A stretch of DNA of 63,636 nt, the filler included. It is 3 parts of 3 records of this genome, joined end to end, with 100 filler letters (N's around TTAATTAATTAA, not from the genome) between each part and the next. Parts side by side here need not be neighbours in the genome. Positions count along the whole stretch, not along the records: positions 1 to 22,569 come from SRR2962707_1816; 2 more parts are not named here. One strand, written 5' to 3'. This document shows positions 8,719-18,600 of this stretch, in pieces; position 1 is the stretch's first letter; each line of letters opens with the position of its first letter. The notes beneath the pieces were generated by a model. It saw nothing but the letters and a program-made list of their open reading frames with translations, had not been told where the DNA came from and made no database searches. The translations under genes and the position numbers were made by a program.

Positions 8719-10674
8719 TCAAGCTGTGTTTCTGTTTACGGTGAACTTGAAAGTAGTACCGACTCCTTTTTTACTTTCAACAGAAATGCTCCCTCCATTC
8801 TTCTCAATAAATTCCTTACAAATAATTAGACCAAGCCCGGTCCCATCTTTATCGGTAACTGAGCTTTTATTGAAAACATTTTCTCTTTGACTTTCAGTCA
8901 TCCCTATTCCATTGTCAGATACAATCACCTCCATTAGGTCACCATTGGGTTTGGTTTCAATGGAAATGGTTCCATCCGATTTTGTGAATTTGATCGCATT
9001 GGAAATTAAGTTGCGGATAATAGAAAAGAGCATTTTGTAGTCTGCATATACAACAGCATCTTCTGATACCTTATTTTCAATCTTCAGGTTCTTGGCATCA
9101 ATAGCACCCTGGAAGAGTTCAAACGTTTCATCCACGATGTTTTTAACTTCTATTTTTTCGGGATTAAATCGAAGATTGCCGGATTCGGTGATAGACCACT
9201 CGATTAAATTTTGCAGTAACTCCAATAATTTATTTGATGTAGTGTCTAGTTGAGAGATGAATACTTGAGCTTCTTCATCGGACATGGATTTATAGTTTTC
9301 ATCCAGCGCATTTGCGATGGCTTTAAATGCACTTAGTGGATTTTTTATATCATGTGCAATCATAGAAAAGAGCTTGTCCTTGGTTTTATTCACCACCCGC
9401 AGTTGACTATTTATTCTCATGCGCTGGCGATACAGATAAAAGATTATTGCACCAACCAGGATTAGCAGGAGGGCTATTATTGAAAGGAAAAAATTTCTTG
9501 ATTGCGCTTTTTCCAGTTCAAGTTCCTTTATTTCCTGTTCCGCATTTAACCGCTCTATTTCATTCTCTTTTTTAGCTGTTTCATACCTAATATCTAACTC
9601 AGAAATTCTATCAGCTACCTCTTTACTTCTTATTGAATCATTTGTTGCTTCTTGTTTTTTTATCCACTCATGTGATTGATTGTAATTTCCATTTGCTGAT
9701 TCTATTAGAGATAAGAGCAGATAGCCACGTGGTAGCTTGGCTCTGAATTCGTTTGCTTTGGCCATGTCAATTCCTTGAATGGCATATTTCCTTGCTTCTC
9801 CAATTTTCCCTTGCCTGAAATAGATGCTTGATAAAGTGAATAAGCTCGAAATGTGGGGATCAAGATCTCCGAAATTTTTAGCCAGTTTCACCACTTTACT
9901 TGCCGTTTCAGCTGCTTTATTGAGTTCCCCTTTTTCAATCAGGATGTCTGTGGTATTAATGTAATTATAAATAATCTGTGAGGTATCCTTGCTTATGAGG
10001 AGCATCTCCAGCGCCTCCTGATTATACTGATATGCTTTATCAAAATTGCCCAATGCCTGATATACTATAGCGAGAAGGTTTGCTGAATAGGAGATGTTTT
10101 CTTTATCGTTTAGGTTTTCATATATGGTTCGTGCTTGAAGCACTTTTTCCAGAGCGACTTCATAATTTTTAAGGTCATAATGTATACCAGATATATTTGT
10201 CAGAATATCGGCGTACCATTGCTTATTCTTAACAGCGTCTGCATAATCCAATGCTTTTAAAAAGTTCTCCAGTGATCCTTCCATGTCACCGGTAATTCGG
10301 CTAAGGTTACCAAGGCCATTGTAAGCACTGGAGATGTAGGCACTATCCTGGCTGGATAAAGCTGCCTCAAGAGCTTTGGTGAAGTAAAATTTGGAGGAGT
10401 CAATTTGACCCAGCATGCCATGACAAACTCCCATCTCATTCGAGGCTACAATTTTTCCTTTGTCTGTTGCTTCTTCAGCAAGTTTATATGCCTGACGAGC
10501 ATATGGCAGTTTGTCATTAGGGTTCTGAAATTGATCTGTTATCAGGCTCAATGCCTCAATTTTCACGTCTGGATCGGATGAGTTCTGGACCACTATTTTA
10601 AGGCTGTCAAGCACCTCCTGCCCTGTTGATGAGTAGATGACAATAAAAAAGCACAGGTAAAAAATGGACTTCAT
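8719..10674 (-). CDS. Membrane sensor histidine kinase with periplasmic TPR repeats
   Basis: TPR-like repeats, one TM helix, H-box IAHDIKNPL, N-box NLISNAIKF, G-boxes DNGIG and GTGLGL. Confidence 0.9.
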   Translation of the reverse strand: MKSIFYLCFFIVIYSSTGQEVLDSLKIVVQNSSDPDVKIEALSLITDQFQNPNDKLPYARQAYKLAEEATDKGKIVASNEMGVCHGMLGQIDSSKFYFTKALEAALSSQDSAYISSAYNGLGNLSRITGDMEGSLENFLKALDYADAVKNKQWYADILTNISGIHYDLKNYEVALEKVLQARTIYENLNDKENISYSANLLAIVYQALGNFDKAYQYNQEALEMLLISKDTSQIIYNYINTTDILIEKGELNKAAETASKVVKLAKNFGDLDPHISSLFTLSSIYFRQGKIGEARKYAIQGIDMAKANEFRAKLPRGYLLLSLIESANGNYNQSHEWIKKQEATNDSIRSKEVADRISELDIRYETAKKENEIERLNAEQEIKELELEKAQSRNFFLSIIALLLILVGAIIFYLYRQRMRINSQLRVVNKTKDKLFSMIAHDIKNPLSAFKAIANALDENYKSMSDEEAQVFISQLDTTSNKLLELLQNLIEWSITESGNLRFNPEKIEVKNIVDETFELFQGAIDAKNLKIENKVSEDAVVYADYKMLFSIIRNLISNAIKFTKSDGTISIETKPNGDLMEVIVSDNGIGMTESQRENVFNKSSVTDKDGTGLGLIICKEFIEKNGGSISVESKKGVGTTFKFTVNRNTA

Positions 10675-10769
10675 GGCGGTAATGAAGGTTGATGATAATC
10701 AGATGAATTTAGATTCAAGATAGCAAAAATGGAAGATTGTTTAATGGGCTCGTTTTCGCAATTATCATT

Positions 10770-10777
10770 TAGCTTTG
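10770..10777 (+). promoter_or_regulatory. Bacteroidota -7 promoter element upstream of accD
   Basis: TAGCTTTG (TAnnTTTG) ends 24 nt before the ATG; no clear -33 element. Confidence 0.5.
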
Positions 10778-10801
10778 CTGATTCACTGAGAAAGAATTCG
10801 A

Positions 10802-11641
10802 ATGGCGTGGTTTAAGCGACAAAGCAAAGGAATACTCACAAAAACAGAAGATAAGAAAGAGGTACCTGATGGCCTCTGGTACAAAACTCCTAGTGGTAAA
10901 ATCATCCATATGAGAGAGTTGAAAAACAACTCCTACGTATGTCCTGATGATGACTACCATGTAAGAATCGGTTCCAAAGAGTATTTTGAAATATTATTTG
11001 ATAACAACAAGTTCACGGAGCTTGATGAGAATTTGACATCCGGTGATCCACTCAAGTTTGAGGACACTAAGAAATATCCGGATCGAATCAAAGCGACCCA
11101 GAAAAAGACAGAACTGAAAGATGCCGTTCGTAGTGCAACAGGTAAAATGAATGGAATCAGCATTGTAATTGCCTGCATGGATTTTTCATTTATTGGTGGC
11201 TCGATGGGTTCTGTGGTTGGAGAGAAAATAGCAAGGGCAATTGACTATTCTTTGAAGAATAAAATTCCATTTTTGATGATCTCCAAGTCAGGGGGCGCCA
11301 GAATGATGGAGGCGGGTTTTTCTTTAATGCAAATGGCCAAAACATCCGCAAAACTTGCGCTTCTGTCGGAGGCAAAAATTCCTTATATCTCATTATTGAC
11401 AGACCCGACTACTGGCGGGGTAACTGCTTCATATGCGATGCTGGGAGATTTTAATATTGCAGAGCCAGAGGCGCTCATCGGATTTGCAGGGCCGAGGGTA
11501 ATCAGGGAGACCATAGGAAAAGATCTACCTAAAGGTTTTCAAAGTTCAGAATTTGTTCTGGATCATGGCTTCCTCGATTTCATTGTAGATAGGCGTCAGC
11601 TCAAAACAAGACTTACGACACTCTTAAAAATGTTGGATTAA
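10802..11641 (+). CDS. accD: Acetyl-CoA carboxylase carboxyltransferase beta subunit
   Basis: [46 protein letters not shown]. Confidence 0.95.
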   Translation: MAWFKRQSKGILTKTEDKKEVPDGLWYKTPSGKIIHMRELKNNSYVCPDDDYHVRIGSKEYFEILFDNNKFTELDENLTSGDPLKFEDTKKYPDRIKATQKKTELKDAVRSATGKMNGISIVIACMDFSFIGGSMGSVVGEKIARAIDYSLKNKIPFLMISKSGGARMMEAGFSLMQMAKTSAKLALLSEAKIPYISLLTDPTTGGVTASYAMLGDFNIAEPEALIGFAGPRVIRETIGKDLPKGFQSSEFVLDHGFLDFIVDRRQLKTRLTTLLKMLD

Positions 11642-11727
11642 AACAACATTTTCCCTAATCATGGTGTTAAAAAAATAAGAACAAAAAAAGGTTCTGTTTA
11701 TCGGTGAATATGGTGTCATAGATCAAC

Positions 11728-11735
11728 TATATTTG
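11728..11735 (+). promoter_or_regulatory. Bacteroidota -7 promoter element upstream of nqrF
   Basis: TATATTTG (TAnnTTTG) ends 32 nt before the ATG. Confidence 0.5.
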
Positions 11736-11767
11736 CCCTGATTTTTAAATAAAAAGGTTTTAGACAT

Positions 11768-13066
11768 ATGTCTTCTATTGTCATTACTTCAATCATCGCC
11801 TTTACAGTTTTAATTCTTCTATTGGTTTTAATTCTGTTAGTGGCACAGTCTAAGTTAGTTCAGTCAGGACCTGTTAAAATCACCGTAAATGGTGATACTG
11901 AAAACCCAATGGTAACACAGGCGGGCTCAACCTTGCTTTCCACACTTTCGCAAAAAAGCGTATTTCTTCCATCCGCGTGTGGTGGGGGCGGAACCTGCGC
12001 TATGTGTAAATGCAAAGTGATAGAAGGAGGAGGAGATGTGCTTCCTACTGAAGTAGGTCACCTAAGCCGAACTGAGCAGAAAGAAAACGTTCGACTGGCG
12101 TGTCAGGTAAAAGTGAAGAATGACATGGAAATCGAAATTCCGGAAGAGATCTTCGGAATTAAGAAGTGGGAAGCTACAGTTGTGAGAAACTATAACGTGG
12201 CGTCATTCATTAAGGAATTTGTTGTTGAGTTGCCAGAGGAGATGGATTATGAAGCAGGAGGGTATATTCAAATTGAAGTGCCGAAATGCGAAGTAGATTT
12301 TAAAGATATTGACATTACTGCTCACCCGGATGAGCATCCTGGCGCCCCTGATAAGTTTCAATTGGAGTGGGATAAATTTGGTCTGTGGGATTTGAAGATG
12401 AAGAACGATGAAACGATTGAGCGTGCCTATTCGATGGCCTCTTACCCTGCGGAAGGAAGAGAAATTATGCTCAACGTTCGAATTGCAACACCTCCGTGGG
12501 ATCGTGCTAAAAACTCCTGGATGAATGTTAACCCGGGAATTGCTTCTTCTTACATCTTCGGCCTGAAGAAAGGAGATAAGGTAACTATTTCTGGTCCTTA
12601 CGGCGAATTCTTTATCAATCCATCAGAGGCAGAAATGCTCTATGTTGGGGGTGGTGCTGGAATGGCGCCAATGCGTTCACACCTTTATCACTTGTTTAAA
12701 ACATTGAAAACAGGAAGAAAGGTGAGCTATTGGTACGGGGGACGTTCCAAAAGAGAGCTTTTCTATCTGGATCACTTTTATGATTTAGAGAAGAAATTTC
12801 CAAACTTCTCTTTCCACATTGTGCTTTCTGAACCTCTTGAAGAAGACAATTGGAAAGCGAAGGAGAGCATGGATGATGAAGGTGATGGTTTTACTGGATT
12901 TGTACATCAGGCAGTAATTGACCACTATCTGAGCAAACATGATCAGCCTGAAGAGATCGAGCTTTACTTCTGTGGCCCGCCATTAATGAACCAAGCCGTA
13001 CAGAAGATGGGAGAGGATTTCGGAATCCCTGATGAAAACATCAGATTTGATGATTTCGGAGGGTAA
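11768..13066 (+). CDS. nqrF: Na+-translocating NADH:quinone reductase subunit F
   Basis: N-terminal TM helix, 2Fe-2S motif CGGGGTCAMC...RLACQ, FAD motif RAYSMA, GGGAGMAPMRSH, CGPP, terminal DDFGG. Confidence 0.95.
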   Translation: MSSIVITSIIAFTVLILLLVLILLVAQSKLVQSGPVKITVNGDTENPMVTQAGSTLLSTLSQKSVFLPSACGGGGTCAMCKCKVIEGGGDVLPTEVGHLSRTEQKENVRLACQVKVKNDMEIEIPEEIFGIKKWEATVVRNYNVASFIKEFVVELPEEMDYEAGGYIQIEVPKCEVDFKDIDITAHPDEHPGAPDKFQLEWDKFGLWDLKMKNDETIERAYSMASYPAEGREIMLNVRIATPPWDRAKNSWMNVNPGIASSYIFGLKKGDKVTISGPYGEFFINPSEAEMLYVGGGAGMAPMRSHLYHLFKTLKTGRKVSYWYGGRSKRELFYLDHFYDLEKKFPNFSFHIVLSEPLEEDNWKAKESMDDEGDGFTGFVHQAVIDHYLSKHDQPEEIELYFCGPPLMNQAVQKMGEDFGIPDENIRFDDFGG

Positions 13067-13091
13067 TCCGGCTACTAAAAATATAACGATG

Positions 13092-13118
13092 AGCCTCGCA
13101 GAAATGTGAGGCTTTTTT
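13092..13118 (+). terminator. Intrinsic terminator after nqrF
   Basis: AGCCTCGCA-GAAA-TGTGAGGCT followed by a T-tract. Confidence 0.8.
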
Positions 13119-13216
13119 GTTGGTGGATAAATTACGCATTTCACCTAGTCCGATTTCGGTATTTCACTAATTTTTAAAAAGTATGTATTTGGCAATTTTG
13201 TATTGTAGTCAAAAGA

Positions 13217-13573
13217 ATGAAACGACTTAAAGTTATGCCAAAGATTATCCTAATTATTACACTCGCTTTTTCAGGTCTTTTTGCCGATAATAAAGACAAT
13301 CCTTTAAACGCTAAAAAATTACCTGTAATCGAGTTTTCAGATTCAGCAATTGATTTTGAAAGTGGTCAGCCTGTATTTTCGAAAAAAACCAATGCCATAC
13401 TAAATGTACAGGCGGGAGGTTCTTTTAGAGTTATAATCAATGATGCAGTTGATGCGAAGGTGACAAAGAAACAAATCAACCTTTCATCGCTGATCGAATT
13501 TTCAGAAGGTACTTACACAGTTGTTGTGAAAGGAAAGGATTTTGAGGAAGCATTTGGATTTACCATCCGATAA
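13217..13573 (+). CDS. Small secreted hypothetical protein with a possible Ig-like / T9SS-CTD-like C-terminus
   Basis: Signal-peptide-like N-terminus; C-terminal INLSSL...EGTYTVVVK resembles CTD/DUF3244-type motifs; has its own terminator. Confidence 0.6.
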   Translation: MKRLKVMPKIILIITLAFSGLFADNKDNPLNAKKLPVIEFSDSAIDFESGQPVFSKKTNAILNVQAGGSFRVIINDAVDAKVTKKQINLSSLIEFSEGTYTVVVKGKDFEEAFGFTIR

Positions 13574-13597
13574 AAAAATTACTAAGAGCAAGTAAAT

Positions 13598-13623
13598 GCC
13601 TCGCAGAGATGCGGGGCTTTTTT
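13598..13623 (+). terminator. Intrinsic terminator
   Basis: GCCTCGCA-GAGA-TGCGGGGC followed by TTTTTT. Confidence 0.8.
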
Positions 13624-13644
13624 GTTTCTGCCTAAATTAGCTCC

Positions 13645-14784
13645 ATGGACTTAAAGCTTTTTTTCAATCCTACAGAAGTTGATGTAGATAAGGATGCTGC
13701 ATCGTTCCAATCTTCGATTTACATCAACAGGCATAAAATGCCGGATCATGACGGGATGGACATAGCCTTGATAGGGTTATGTGAGTATCGTGGTGAAAAT
13801 GAAAAGGCGGATACCCATTCAGCCGATGAGGTCCGTAAACAATTATATGGACTGAAAAAAGGCTTTGGTGACTATGGAATCATTGATTTGGGAAATTTTA
13901 GAAATGGGCCCAAACTGGAGGACACATATCTGAGGCTAAAAGAGGTATGTGGATACCTCATGGAGAAAAATATAATTCCTGTGCTTTTTGGGGGAAGTCA
14001 TGATTTAGATTTAGGACAATATTACGGTTACGAATCTGCTGATAAGCTGGTTTCAGTACTGAATATCGACAACTCCATGGATTTTGATGATGACCATTCA
14101 CCTGCAAAAGGTCATCTTGGTACTATGTTAAAGCACAGCCCTAATTACCTGTTTAGCTATTATCACCTCGCATACCAGAGCTATCTTACTGATCAGGAAT
14201 CCATTGAATTGATGGAAAGGCTTTCTTTTGAGGCGGAACGTCTTGGTGTCGTAAAGGAGAATATTAAAGAGATTGAGCCTATCGTCAGGGACGCTGATAT
14301 GCTTTCCTTTGATATGTCAGCACTTCAGGCTTTCTATGCTCCAGCCGCTTCAAACTCTAAAGTATATGGTTTGACAGGGGAAGAGGCGTGTCAGTTGACA
14401 TGGTATGCCGGACAAAATGAGAAAATGAGTTCCGTGGGACTATACAACTATGATGCTTCGCTGGATTCAAGGGATCGCAAAACAGCTTTTGTGATGGGCA
14501 CGATGATCTGGTATTTCATTGAAGGCTTCTATCATCGTAAGGGCGACAAAAACTTCAAGTCCAATGATTATCTTATGTATGAAGTCCACCTGGGCGGAGA
14601 GCCAGAGACTATCCGTTTTTATAAAAGCAAACTGTCTGAGCGTTGGTGGATGGAAGTACCAAACCCTGAAGCTGAAGGGTTATTCAATCGAAATCGAATG
14701 GTTGCTTGCAACTACAGCGACTATGATCTGGCTCTAAAAGGAGAATTACCAGACAGGTGGATGAACTTTTACAATAAAGTTTAG
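13645..14784 (+). CDS. Arginase/ureohydrolase-fold protein (Bacteroidota formimidoylglutamase-like family)
   Basis: DLGN, GGSHDL, SFDMSAL and GLTGEEACQL motifs plus a C-terminal FYKS..S.RWW extension; metal ligands degenerate. Confidence 0.75.
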   Translation: MDLKLFFNPTEVDVDKDAASFQSSIYINRHKMPDHDGMDIALIGLCEYRGENEKADTHSADEVRKQLYGLKKGFGDYGIIDLGNFRNGPKLEDTYLRLKEVCGYLMEKNIIPVLFGGSHDLDLGQYYGYESADKLVSVLNIDNSMDFDDDHSPAKGHLGTMLKHSPNYLFSYYHLAYQSYLTDQESIELMERLSFEAERLGVVKENIKEIEPIVRDADMLSFDMSALQAFYAPAASNSKVYGLTGEEACQLTWYAGQNEKMSSVGLYNYDASLDSRDRKTAFVMGTMIWYFIEGFYHRKGDKNFKSNDYLMYEVHLGGEPETIRFYKSKLSERWWMEVPNPEAEGLFNRNRMVACNYSDYDLALKGELPDRWMNFYNKV

Positions 14785-14975
14785 TAACGTGGAGGCATTA
14801 CGATCCACAAAATGATATAAACCAACATACCTGGAAAGCCGATGCTGGCTATTGAGAGAATAATATACGCAATTCGAACCAGTGTAGGATCCCAGCCAAG
14901 ATATTCAGCGAGACCAGCACATACACCACCTAGCATTCGATCGTTTGATCTGAATAATCGTTTTGTCATTTCCAT
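14781..14975 (-). CDS. pspC: PspC domain protein
   Basis: RLFRS.DRMLGGVCAGLAEYLGWDPTLVR...YIILWIVMP is the typical PspC signature. Confidence 0.85.
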   Translation of the reverse strand: MEMTKRLFRSNDRMLGGVCAGLAEYLGWDPTLVRIAYIILSIASIGFPGMLVYIILWIVMPPRY

Positions 14976-14981
14976 ACTTCT

Positions 14982-15212
14982 TTAGTTTAAAGATGTAATT
15001 TTTTTGTGAAAGTCTTTAAAACTGATCTTGCCAATTTTGTCTAAAAAGGTTTTGGAAGTTTCGGCATCCAGATTCTGCATTTTGGTCGGTTCGCTCAATA
15101 AATCCGCTGAGTACAGCGATTTGGCATTGAGCGTAAGCAGACAAGCTAAAATGATTCCCAGTAGAATCAACAGCGTGCGATTAAATCTTGAATGTGTTCG
15201 GTTGGTTGCCAT
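14982..15212 (-). CDS. Small single-pass membrane hypothetical protein, probably co-transcribed with pspC
   Basis: One hydrophobic helix; 6-nt gap to pspC; directly follows a sigma54-like promoter. Confidence 0.6.
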   Translation of the reverse strand: MATNRTHSRFNRTLLILLGIILACLLTLNAKSLYSADLLSEPTKMQNLDAETSKTFLDKIGKISFKDFHKKITSLN

Positions 15213-15225
15213 TGCTCTCTATACG

Positions 15226-15318
15226 ACAAAGCCTGTGCCAAAACTCATAACTATCTTTAAATCAATACCTTATAATATCAAAGACCCTAAGAAGTGTACA
15301 TGAACGTACATGTACACT
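15226..15318 (-). promoter_or_regulatory. Sigma54-type promoter with IHF-consensus site and palindromic upstream activator sequence
   Basis: Minus strand TTTGGCACAGGCTTTGT (15242-15226). AATCAATACCTTA (15260-15272) fits WATCAANNNNTTR. Perfect inverted repeat AGTGTACATG-N6-CATGTACACT (15293-15318). Confidence 0.65.
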
Positions 15319-15363
15319 GAGAGAGTGAACACCAGGCTTCTGGCATGGAAAAATTAAGGGCAT

Positions 15364-15391
15364 AAAAAAAGGTACCTCCTCCGAGGCACCT
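15364..15391 (-). terminator. Orphan intrinsic terminator on the minus strand
   Basis: Minus strand AGGTGCCTC-GGAG-GAGGTACCT followed by TTTTTT. Confidence 0.75.
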
Positions 15392-15653
15392 AATCACCTA
15401 ATCACACTGCTGAACGCATTGTTTTTTGAAGAGAGCAAAACGCGTGTCTCTCTATTAATTCTTTTGATAAGCATCTTTTAAACTTATCTGATACAAAGAG
15501 ACTATCAAATGAGAATTTTACACGTTGGTGGTAATGATGAATTTGATTTAGTTAAAATGCTTACTTACTCATCCTTTGTCTTTTTCTATGACACCTTTAG
15601 TTGATTTCTGATAAATTTAAGTAACTAGGTCAGTCTATTATCAGCTTGCTGTT

Positions 15654-18600
15654 TTGGATACTCAACTTCACATATCTCACAAAAATGTCTTGGAGAGCAT
15701 GCCTTTTGGTGTGATCCAGTTAGACCTTAATGGCAAGGTACTTTACGCAAATAGATCAGCCTGCGAATTATTGGGTATCAAATCGGAAGATCGGATGTTA
15801 GGACGTCACTATGAGGATTTTTCCTGGAATCCGTATGGGAAAAATGAAAAGGTGGCCAGCTCGAATCATCTGTTCAGTAAAGTTTTAGCTCAGGAAGAAG
15901 TAGTGACTTCCAGTATTCAGGGTACTTATGTTGAAGATAAAAGGAGGTGGTTCTCGGTGAACGCGGCTCCTGTGTATGATGAAGATAAAAAATTGGTTGG
16001 AGCTGTTTTAAATTTTGCTGACGTCACCACAAAGGTAGAGCATGAGAAATGGAAGGATGAGGAATCAGCTCGATACAAAATTCTTGTTGAAAATCTAAAT
16101 GGCGTGGTTTGGGAAACAAAGCTAGGAACGCACACTTTTTCATACATCAGTCCAAGAGCTGAGGATTTGTTAGGCTTTCCTCAAAATGAGTGGATAAAAG
16201 AAAGGTTTTGGCAGTCACGAATTCATGAAGAGGATAAGGAACGGGTACTTTCGTATGAAAAGAAAAAAGTAGCCGATGCGAGTAATTATCAGCTTGAATA
16301 TCGACTTGTGCACAAAAATGGAAACATTGTATGGGTACGAGATTTGGTAGAGGTGATAAAGGATAGTGAAGGGAGACCGGAACTACTCCGTGGCATCACA
16401 TTGGATATTACAGATAATCATGTTTCGCGACAGCTTCTCAGGGAAAGCGAGAAGCGCTACAAACAGATGATTTCAGAGGCGCCTTATGCGATTACTATTT
16501 ATAATAAAGAGGGCACTTTGATTGCAGCAAATTCGAAATGTGCTGAATATTGGAAAGTTGACCTGAAAGACTACATTGGTAGATTCAACATTTTCAATAA
16601 TGACCTTTTTATTAAGGATTCACAAAGGGTTGAAATTGAGAAGGCATTTAGTGGAAAACAAGGAGAGATTACGGCTAATGTTCCATTGATCCATGCCGGA
16701 GATTCAACCAGAAGCTATCATTTAAAATATTACCCGTTGTTTGATACCAATGGTGAGCTGGAGAATGTGGTTTACTTCACTGAAGACATCACAGATTTAA
16801 AGCAGGCTGAAAGAAAAATCAAACAGGAGGAAGCGTTGAAACAAGGCGTGCTTGATGCTCTGGATGAGGGCATTTTAGTGGTGGATGAAAAAGGGATGAT
16901 CATTGGCATTAATCGTAATTTGAAGATTTATGTAAAAAATCAGCCTTATTCCGAATTAGAAATAGGAAAATCAGTCTTTGATTTCATCCAATACTTTGAT
17001 GAAGAGGAGTATTTAAAGAGAGGCTTAGAGTCCATCCTTTCGCAGAAGTCTAAGGTGCTGGATCACGAAATGAAACTTGCAGATGGAAAGTGGTATAACT
17101 TGAGAGCTACCCCGTTGAATGAACCTTTTGGTGCTGTTATCGCATGGCAAAACATACACACCAGGAAGGAGATCGAGACAGCACTTGAACGCTCACTAAA
17201 AAAATATCGGAATATTTATAACAAAGCTCCGGTAATGATGCACTCCATCAACAACAAACTGGAGATTATTAGTGTCAGTGATTTCTGGCTTGACAAAATG
17301 GGCTATGAAAGGAATGAGGTCATTGGTAAAACCCCCATTGATTTTATGACTGAGGATTCTATGCCATCTGTTGCAACGAACCTGAAAGAACTATTTCAAA
17401 AAGGAGAAGCAAGAAATGTAGAGTATCGATATATAAAGAAATCAGGCGAGGTAATGGATGTACTGCTATCGGCAGTTTCAGAGTATGATGAAGAGGGGAA
17501 TTTTGAAAGATCAATCACCGGTATGCTTGATGTTACTGATCTGAAGGCCGCAGAACGAAAGTTGCAGGAAAGCCAGTTTAAACTTCTGGAGTCTCAGCGG
17601 ATTTCGAAGATCGCTAACTATGAATATGATATTGAGTCGGATTTAGTTACTCCTTCCGAGGAAATGGTATCCATGATGGGTTTGTCGGAATCTGACAAGC
17701 ATATTTCGGTAATAAAAAGACTTATTCATCCTGAAGACTTATCAGAGTTTGCAGATAAGCTGGAAAGGTGCATCAGGGAAGGAAAAGATTTTTTCCAGAT
17801 TTATCGCATCTATCATATGCGGACAAAAAAAATAAAATGGATTTCAGGTCGTGGAAAAATGATCAAGGGCCCTAAAGGTCGGGTGTCTAAAATGATTGGT
17901 ACGGTACAGGATATCACTGAGCAAAAGCATGCCGAAGAAAAGATCAAGCGGTTGACTGATCGTATACTGCTGGCAGCAGAAATAGCCAACCTGGGAGTTT
18001 GGGAATATGATCGTGAGACAGAGGAGATTTTCTGGGAAGATCAAATGTATTCGATTTTTTCGGATGCCCAGAAACCTCTGGGAATCGAGGAAATCAGTAA
18101 ATATTTTCTGAGTGATAGCGAAAAAGTGATTGACGATAGCCTGCGAATGATCAAAAAAGGCATCAATTTCCTCGAGTCGGATTTTCGTGTGAGTGTTCAG
18201 GGAGAGGAAAAGTACTTAAGAGCTTTCACCAGAATCTTACGTGACAACCATTCCAAAGTGAAGGGAATGATAGGAGTTATCTATGACATCACCGGGGATA
18301 AGCGACTCCAGATGCAACTAGAGACTTCATTGGAAGAGAAAAATATATTAATCAAAGAGGTGCATCATCGGGTAAAAAACAACATGCAGTTGATATCCTC
18401 CATCATGGCCCTCAAATCATATGATCTTGAAGATGAAAATTCAAAATCCATATTCAATGAGGTGAATGATCGCATTAAAGCCATGTCTGTCATCCATGAT
18501 AAGCTATATACCTTCTATAATGTCTCAGAGATTGACATAGGTGAATATTTAAGGCATATCGCCAGTGAGCTACAAGTATTGCAAGGATCCGCTAACATAT

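Noticed and set aside
10802-10960. AccD lacking most Cys residues of the C4 zinc finger
   Set aside because: As far as I recall this is a common variant in Bacteroidota AccD; the rest of the protein is intact.
15340-15358. Second TGGCAT sigma54-like motif on the plus strand
   Set aside because: No TTG at the -12 position.
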